DNA from: Candidatus Heimdallarchaeota archaeon
GTDB taxonomy: Archaea; Asgardarchaeota; Heimdallarchaeia; Heimdallarchaeales; Heimdallarchaeaceae
Direction: 5' to 3'
Assembly: GCA_030668825.1 (NCBI GenBank)
Contig: DAOVET010000036.1
Location: 1-23,092 of the forward strand
Length of the DNA stretch: 23,092 nucleotides
Made by a program: the position numbers and the translations under genes. A model generated the notes under the pieces. It was given only the letters and a program-made list of their open reading frames with translations, searched no databases and was not told the DNA's origin. The number at the start of each line of letters is the position of its first letter. The stretch's first letter is position 1. This document shows positions 17,722-23,092 of the stretch, in pieces.

Positions 17722-18725
17722 GTAACTTCCACATCTTCAGGTCTGAAATGTTGGTCCACTATTGTGTCCTCAAATTCAGTCGTCACACCCGATTGCTTCA
17801 TTAAAATTCCTAACCATGCTATCATTACACCATTATCTAGAGCAAGATCAGCATTAAGACCTCTAAAAGAAGCATCATGGGAACTGGACATTTCTTCAAG
17901 CATTTCTTTTAGTCGCGAATTAGCTGCTACACCACCACATACTAAAACTTCCTCTTTTTTTGTATGAGCTAAAGCTCTTTCTGTAACTTCAACTAACATA
18001 GAAAAAACTGTTTCTTGGAGACTAAATGCGATATCTTCAAGTGGGTGTTTCTTACTATTTAATAATCGGGTAGCATGAGTCAGAATACCTGAAAAGGAAA
18101 CGTCCATTCCTTTTATCACGTAGGGGATGGAAACATAGGTTGAACTTTTCAATGCTTCTAGCTCAATCATTCTCCCCATTGGATTCTCTTTATCACTTAA
18201 ACCAGCATTTCTTCCAAAAACATCTAAACAATTTCCTACTGGTATATCTATTGTTTCACCAAATACCCTGTATCTTCTTTCAGAGAAAGCAATGACTTGT
18301 GTATTTCCTCCAGATACATACAGAACAACAGGATCATCAAGCTTCCCAACTAATCTTCCAATTTCAACATGTGCTATTGGATGGTTCACTGCCATTAGTG
18401 GCTTACCCAAGGACAAAGAAAGAGTTCTTGCAGTAACTGCACCTATTCTTAAGCAAGGTCCCAGTCCTGGTCCTTTTGTAAAAGAAATCAAATCAATTTC
18501 CTTAGGTTTGATACCTGATTCATGGAAAGCATCTTCTATCGCTTTGGGTATTGTGGAGGAATGAAATTCTGAAGCTTCTCTAGGATGAATCCCACTTCCA
18601 TAGGGGGGTTTGTAGGTTCTTCGAATATTAGATAACACATTTCCTTTGTCATCTATAATACCAACACCCAATTTATCAGCAGAACTTTCTATTCCCAGAG
18701 AAATCATTGATATCACTCTGACCAC
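17712..18725 (-). CDS. kae1: tRNA N6-adenosine threonylcarbamoyltransferase Kae1 (probable start at ATG 18707)
   Basis: LGIESSA, GIHPRE, GPGLGPCL, VNHPIAHVE, LYVSGGNTQ, GETID, VIKGMDVSFSG, SLQET, TERALAH, GGVAAN, DNGVMIAW and terminal VEVTWR. Confidence 0.96.
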   Translation of the reverse strand: MVRVISMISLGIESSADKLGVGIIDDKGNVLSNIRRTYKPPYGSGIHPREASEFHSSTIPKAIEDAFHESGIKPKEIDLISFTKGPGLGPCLRIGAVTARTLSLSLGKPLMAVNHPIAHVEIGRLVGKLDDPVVLYVSGGNTQVIAFSERRYRVFGETIDIPVGNCLDVFGRNAGLSDKENPMGRMIELEALKSSTYVSIPYVIKGMDVSFSGILTHATRLLNSKKHPLEDIAFSLQETVFSMLVEVTERALAHTKKEEVLVCGGVAANSRLKEMLEEMSSSHDASFRGLNADLALDNGVMIAWLGILMKQSGVTTEFEDTIVDQHFRPEDVEVTWR

Positions 18726-18770
18726 GTTAGTTTAAAGGTTTCTTTTTGAAACTATTTAGTAATCTTTAAT

Positions 18771-19727
18771 ATGTTTGAATTACAGTTCTTTATGATGCCC
18801 CCCATAATTGAAGCTGTTTTTCCCTGGGAAAAACAAAAAAAAGCTGTTATGAAAAAAAATCAAGAATTGGGTAATCTATTTAAGATTAATTTTGTATTCA
18901 CGTATTTCCTACTCTTTGTTTTCACAGTTTTAGGGAAAATCTATCCTTTACTCAGAAACTTCGATATGAATTTATTAGGGTACAAAAGTTGGTTAGTAGA
19001 ATCCTTAGGATATCTAGTTTATAACTGGTGGATTAGTATAATTTTGTTCTTTAGCTCTTTAATAATTTCTATTTTTCTTTCACTGTTAATAACAAAAACA
19101 AGTATAGGGGCATTTAGAAGTTACTTGGAATATTTAAAAATTGACTTCAAAGATAAGCAACGAGGTTTAATTGTTAAAACAGTTATCAAAGATAGCGCAA
19201 TTATAGCAGGTTTTTCTCTTATAGTTTTTCTAATTCTAGAATTCATAACGTTTGCAATTAGCTCTCTAATAGCATCGTTTGTTCTTCCAATTGTTTATAA
19301 TTTAAATGAAACTTCTCTTGCTAATGTTTTTCTCTCTATATTATTATCTCATATCATCTTCTTTCCTTTATTTGTCTTTATTTACCAAAGAATGATAAAC
19401 AAAAAACTAGTCCCAACTGATACATTCAATTTTAAAGAATTTATGAAGGAAGATGGGGAGGTTGATATGGAAAAGTGGAGATCAAGAACTTGGGGGAAAA
19501 AACCATATACGTTTAATTGGAAGGAAGAAGAGGTATTTCCAATTACATGTTTTTCATGTGGTTCTATTATATCAAGCGATTTAACTGTCTGTCCAATATG
19601 TGATGCGGATTTAGTCAAGGAAATTGAGGAAATTGATACTGAATATTCAACTGAAAATACTGAAGAAGAAAATAATCTAGACATTGTTAATGATAATAAT
19701 TATGACGAAGAAAAAAATAATTCTTAA
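18771..19727 (+). CDS. Multi-pass (~4 TM) membrane protein with C-terminal zinc ribbon and acidic tail
   Basis: Hydrophobic helices, then CFSC-x10-CPIC and an E/N/D-rich tail. Confidence 0.8.
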   Translation: MFELQFFMMPPIIEAVFPWEKQKKAVMKKNQELGNLFKINFVFTYFLLFVFTVLGKIYPLLRNFDMNLLGYKSWLVESLGYLVYNWWISIILFFSSLIISIFLSLLITKTSIGAFRSYLEYLKIDFKDKQRGLIVKTVIKDSAIIAGFSLIVFLILEFITFAISSLIASFVLPIVYNLNETSLANVFLSILLSHIIFFPLFVFIYQRMINKKLVPTDTFNFKEFMKEDGEVDMEKWRSRTWGKKPYTFNWKEEEVFPITCFSCGSIISSDLTVCPICDADLVKEIEEIDTEYSTENTEEENNLDIVNDNNYDEEKNNS

Positions 19728-19746
19728 ATTTAACCAGATAATTACT

Positions 19747-20034
19747 TCATCTACTAACCCCGAATATAATGCCTGCAGCAATCATACCCAGAATTAAAAT
19801 TAATAAGAATCCAGGGAAGAAACCATTACGTATCCTTGTCTTTCTCAAGCAACTAGGGCACAAAATTATTTCTTCTTGCTGGTGTGTTTGTGATTGAAAC
19901 ATCGCTAATAATGCATTTGTTTGCCAGTAAGTTTTAGAGCATTCATCACAAATAGGAAGCTTACACCTATTACATTCATTGACCGCAGTATATTTCGTAT
20001 GAATATAACATGTATTTTTTGACATTTTAATCAC
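19747..20034 (-). CDS. B-box-like zinc finger protein with C-terminal TM anchor
   Basis: CYIH-x4-AVNECNRCKLPICDEC...LCPSC followed by FFPGFLLILILGMIAAGIIFGV. Probable start at MSK (ATG 20025). Confidence 0.78.
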   Translation of the reverse strand: MIKMSKNTCYIHTKYTAVNECNRCKLPICDECSKTYWQTNALLAMFQSQTHQQEEIILCPSCLRKTRIRNGFFPGFLLILILGMIAAGIIFGVSR

Positions 20035-20038
20035 TTTA

Positions 20039-20097
20039 TTGCCTCAGCCAAAAGTCGATCATCAATGATCAGGTCGTTGCAACTACATCATTGGCAA
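20039..20097 (-). ncRNA. Archaeal box C/D guide sRNA
   Basis: The minus strand reads TTGCC-A-ATGATGT(C)-AGTTGCAACGAC-CTGA(D')-TCA-TTGATGA(C')-TCGACTTTTGG-CTGA(D)-GGCAA. All four boxes are in order, with 12- and 11-nt guides and a 5-bp terminal stem, wholly intergenic. Confidence 0.88.
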
Positions 20098-20129
20098 ATA
20101 AGGATTATTTTGTGAATTTTAAAGAATTC

Positions 20130-21023
20130 CTATTGCGATGAAACTAGTGAAACAATTTTATCCACTACAAGTTCTCGAAGTTTTTTTATTGTATTTTCAC
20201 CTTTGATTGTTTCAATTAAAGGCAATTTGCGTATTTTAGTTTCGTTAATAAGGAGCTCATGAATCTTTCTGATATTCTCGAAATGATTGAGCAAGTCTTC
20301 CTTTTCTTGAGTATATTGAGAACTTAGGTTTTCTCTATGCATCTCAGGATCTGGAACAGCTATTGTGATGTAAAGCACATTTGGCTTATTTAGAATAATT
20401 TCATCAAAGAATGCTGGTAGTAAATGTTCTCCTTCTACAACAATCGATACTGACTCTTTTTCAGCCCTCGATAAAACTGCATCAACACCTATGTTAACTA
20501 GTTTTGAGTGATTCTCAAATCCTAGAAGTACTTCATCAAAACGGCTGCTGTAAATTGGTCGAAGAGTCTGATAAGCCCTATAGGATGAAGAATGAAGCTC
20601 AGGCATCACATCTGCTGAAAGAACCTTTCTTAAAATATCGCGAACTACTTGAGTTCCTATAACATGTTGAATACCCAAGTCTCCAGCTATTTGTCTGGAA
20701 AGAGTGCTTTTTCCAGCACCAATTGCACCAGATATAAAAATCCACAGAGGAATATTAGAAGCTCTCCACTTTTCGATCATCAAATATTTGTTGCCAACAC
20801 TAACATCTTGTGAGTTAGTTAAATGAGAAGAAACAATTTCATCTAGTTTCTGTTTACTAATAGTTTCTTTTTGGAGATCTGTTAAATCATTATAAATCTG
20901 AATCGAGAATTCATAACCTTCTGAGAGTGAAAAACCAATCATTCTTAGTTTTTGAGCTAGAATCCCTCTAGAAAATAACTGCTTTGTTTTTCCTTGAATA
21001 TAGATTTGAGGTCCTTTCTCCAT
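20130..21023 (-). CDS. 2-phosphoglycerate kinase family protein (ATP-cone + P-loop), divergent copy
   Basis: FSRGIL (ATP-cone), ISGAIGAGKST, IGTQVVRDILR, PELHSSSY and IVVEGEHL. Confidence 0.82.
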   Translation of the reverse strand: MEKGPQIYIQGKTKQLFSRGILAQKLRMIGFSLSEGYEFSIQIYNDLTDLQKETISKQKLDEIVSSHLTNSQDVSVGNKYLMIEKWRASNIPLWIFISGAIGAGKSTLSRQIAGDLGIQHVIGTQVVRDILRKVLSADVMPELHSSSYRAYQTLRPIYSSRFDEVLLGFENHSKLVNIGVDAVLSRAEKESVSIVVEGEHLLPAFFDEIILNKPNVLYITIAVPDPEMHRENLSSQYTQEKEDLLNHFENIRKIHELLINETKIRKLPLIETIKGENTIKKLRELVVDKIVSLVSSQ

Positions 21024-21071
21024 TTTCTTATCACGGTAAATTAACTTTAAAGAAAAGTATAATTAAACTGT

Positions 21072-21089
21072 TAAAAAGTTAACTTTTTA
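21072..21089. promoter_or_regulatory. Perfect 18-bp palindrome (putative operator) between divergent 2-PGK paralogues
   Basis: TAAAAAGTTAACTTTTTA, with a related partial copy AAATTAACTTT at 21038-21048. Confidence 0.55.
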
Positions 21090-21096
21090 GATAAGA

Positions 21097-22032
21097 TTGT
21101 TATTATTATGCTTAATGACTAGTAATAATTCCGACAATTTTCTTAGAATTAAAACGAAGAAAGACAAGTATGAGTACTTCTCAAAAGGTATATTGTCTTC
21201 ATCATTGTATTCTATTGGAATTAGTGCTAATCTTGCTTTAGAGGTAGCAGATCAAGTTGAAAAAGAAATTAGTTCAGCTTCCGAAACACCCTCTAAGAAA
21301 AAACTGATTAAGATTATAACATCAGCAATTGAAAAAATAGACAACCGTTTAGCTGAAAGATATATAGTTTTTGAAGGAGAGGAGAAATACAAACCTATCA
21401 TTATTTTGTTAGCTGGAGTCCCCGGAATTGGTAAAAGCACCCTATCTGTAGATCTTTCAAAGAGACTTGAAATAACAAACATAATTGGGACAGATATGGT
21501 TAGAGAGATTCTTAGACAGACAATTTCATCGAAACTAATACCTGAATTACATAGTAGTAGCTATGAAGCTTACAAGTACTTGAAGCCTACGATAAATCCA
21601 ATCTTACGACAATCAATAGTGGGATATGAAGAACAATGCAGGCATGTGATTGTTGGTGTGGAAGCTGCTATTCAATCAGCTTTGTACTCTAGAGAAAACA
21701 CAATTATTGAAGGGGTTCATCTCGCACCCAATATTCTAAATCGATCTATTCTTGAAGAATCACATGTCATTTTGATACTTTTTTATCTAGAAAATGAAGA
21801 AGAACATCTGAGAAGAATTAAATCAAGAGGTTCAGAAGTCAAACAGAGAGGCGCAGACAGATATCTGAGCTCTTTTCAGGAGATAAGAAATATCCAAACT
21901 TATCTTGTCGAGGAAGCAAATAAACTCAATATCCCTATCATAGAGACTTCAGATGGTGCAAGTGCTATTGAAAAAATGATGGACATTGTCTGGGAGAGAA
22001 TTTTATTTCTTGAAAATAAGGTAAAGGAGTAA
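21097..22032 (+). CDS. pgk2: 2-phosphoglycerate kinase (ATP-cone + P-loop), probable start at ATG 21115
   Basis: FSKGILSSSL, LAGVPGIGKST, IGTDMVREILR, PELHSSSYEAY, IIEGVHL and IRNIQTYL. Confidence 0.82.
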   Translation: MLLLCLMTSNNSDNFLRIKTKKDKYEYFSKGILSSSLYSIGISANLALEVADQVEKEISSASETPSKKKLIKIITSAIEKIDNRLAERYIVFEGEEKYKPIIILLAGVPGIGKSTLSVDLSKRLEITNIIGTDMVREILRQTISSKLIPELHSSSYEAYKYLKPTINPILRQSIVGYEEQCRHVIVGVEAAIQSALYSRENTIIEGVHLAPNILNRSILEESHVILILFYLENEEEHLRRIKSRGSEVKQRGADRYLSSFQEIRNIQTYLVEEANKLNIPIIETSDGASAIEKMMDIVWERILFLENKVKE

Positions 22033-22041
22033 AAAACAATT

Positions 22042-23092
22042 TTAGTCTGTGCTTTTTACTTTACATTTCAAACTAGGAATAAGTGGTAATTCTATTTCAA
22101 AACCGACTACAGGCACCCAAATCTGATTATTCTCAAGTATACTTGGATGAATTTCTCCTATAATTCCACATTCTTTGTTCTCTATTATAATCTGCCCACA
22201 TCTTCCTTCAGTAAATGAAGGATGATTGACTTGTTTTATTTCATAGTCAGTATTTAATAAAGATAAAAGTTGATTCAATCTTTTATGGACATCTTCAAAG
22301 CTAGCATCAGCGTCAGCACAGAGAAAAGCGGTATTACTTTGTGTGATAACCTTTTTGTCTATTAATTTTACAATTTCTCCTACTTCAAAAAGCATCTGTG
22401 GGTAAGTTTCATGTGTATTCTTAGAAAGAACATTAATCAAAAGTGGATAGATCATTTTACGCATAACACTATAGGTGGATGTAACAGGATTCTCAATTTT
22501 CACATAATCTTGCTTGTCAATATTTACTCTAGTAGTTAAAATTTCAGGGTCAGTAAGAATGTTTGTAAGTACCTCAGTTCCTCCAGCACCTACAAGTATA
22601 TTTCGTACCAAATTCTCGCTTTCAGTTTCAGGTAAAAGCCCCCCAGAAGTTAGAACCTTCCATTTTGTTGGACCAATTTTGTTATAGTCTAAAGCAATTG
22701 CTAATTCTTCAGCTATATCGATTCAGTGGAGAATATCTTTTCTGTAAGGAGGAATTTCAATGGTTAAAATATTGCCATCAATTGAATTGCAATTGAATCT
22801 TCTTTTTGCAACTAACTTTGCGGCATCTTTTGGTTTTATTTTTGTTCCAAGATATTTGTTTACTACATCTAGATTAATCTCAATCTCCTCTTTTTCAAAA
22901 AGGGGAGTTATCACACTCCTTGTGTAAATATTTGGAGGGTATTCTATTTTAACACTATAAATTTCAGCACCATGAGTTACCAAAACCTGACATAATATGT
23001 TCAAAACCAAATTAACTGTTTCAAAATTGGTTCCAGTTACTTCTATTAAACTGCCAGTAGTTTCTTCTGTAATTTTACCTACGTCATTGCTG
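22042..23092 (-). CDS. pheT: Phenylalanine--tRNA ligase beta subunit, 5'-truncated by the window edge, with an in-frame TGA at 22723-22725
   Basis: One frame runs from the window end: SNDVGKITEETTGSLIEVTGT...IPPYRKDILH*IDIAEELAIALDYN...EVLTNILT...IENPVTSTYSVMR...FEVG...HPSFTEGRC...GIIGEIHP. The two track ORFs (22723..23010 and 22042..22611) are in the same frame. Confidence 0.92.

Noticed and set aside
2195-21482. Short antisense ORFs in the track (2195-2383, 8011-8214, 8312-8512, 8943-9134, 10200-10400, 11895-12095, 12604-12810, 13053-13322, 14619-14804, 14845-15033, 15661-15855, 15821-16045, 16064-16258, 16556-16813, 17764-17967, 18292-18564, 19382-19684, 21252-21482)
   Set aside because: They lie wholly or mostly opposite well-supported genes. 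Most are Ser/Ile/Phe-rich shadows of the sense codons and none has a recognisable motif.
22639-22644. Possible homopolymer frameshift in pheT at the G6 run
   Set aside because: Six G's read GGG GGG in frame (TSGGLLPE). Both pheT fragments share one frame, so only the TGA interrupts the gene.
22723-22725. Selenocysteine as the main explanation of the pheT TGA
   Set aside because: As I recall the eukaryotic motif (HACD), the Cys is two residues after His, whereas this TGA is the first. No SECIS-like element was recognised, and pheT ends only 9 bp from a convergent gene. It is kept only as a minor alternative.
1-23092. Genome-wide TGA reassignment (Trp or Gly)
   Set aside because: TGA terminates several genes at sensible ends and no other gene in the window shows an internal TGA.

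Overview
AT-rich archaeal chromosomal segment, most consistent with an Asgard (Heimdallarchaeia-like) archaeon. This is inferred from archaeal-type Kae1, Bud32, PheT and 2-PGK genes alongside eukaryote-like JAMM and longin/roadblock-like proteins. The left ~1.4 kb is a compact run of minus-strand orphan ORFs that may be the end of an integrated plasmid or virus-like element. The rest holds several membrane proteins, an AAA+/wHTH ATPase, a galactokinase-family kinase, a cofE-like/folP pair, a tail-anchored Rpn11-like JAMM protease, a kinase-like protein, an acidic disordered protein and three paralogues sharing a roadblock-like domain (two also have a longin-like N-terminus). It also holds an AIR-synthase-family gene, the KEOPS genes bud32 and kae1 flanking a B12-binding radical SAM gene, membrane-anchored Zn-finger proteins, an intergenic box C/D sRNA, two divergent 2-phosphoglycerate-kinase paralogues separated by an 18-bp palindrome, and the 3' part of pheT with one in-frame TGA. 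All family calls come from motif recognition by eye; no searches were run.
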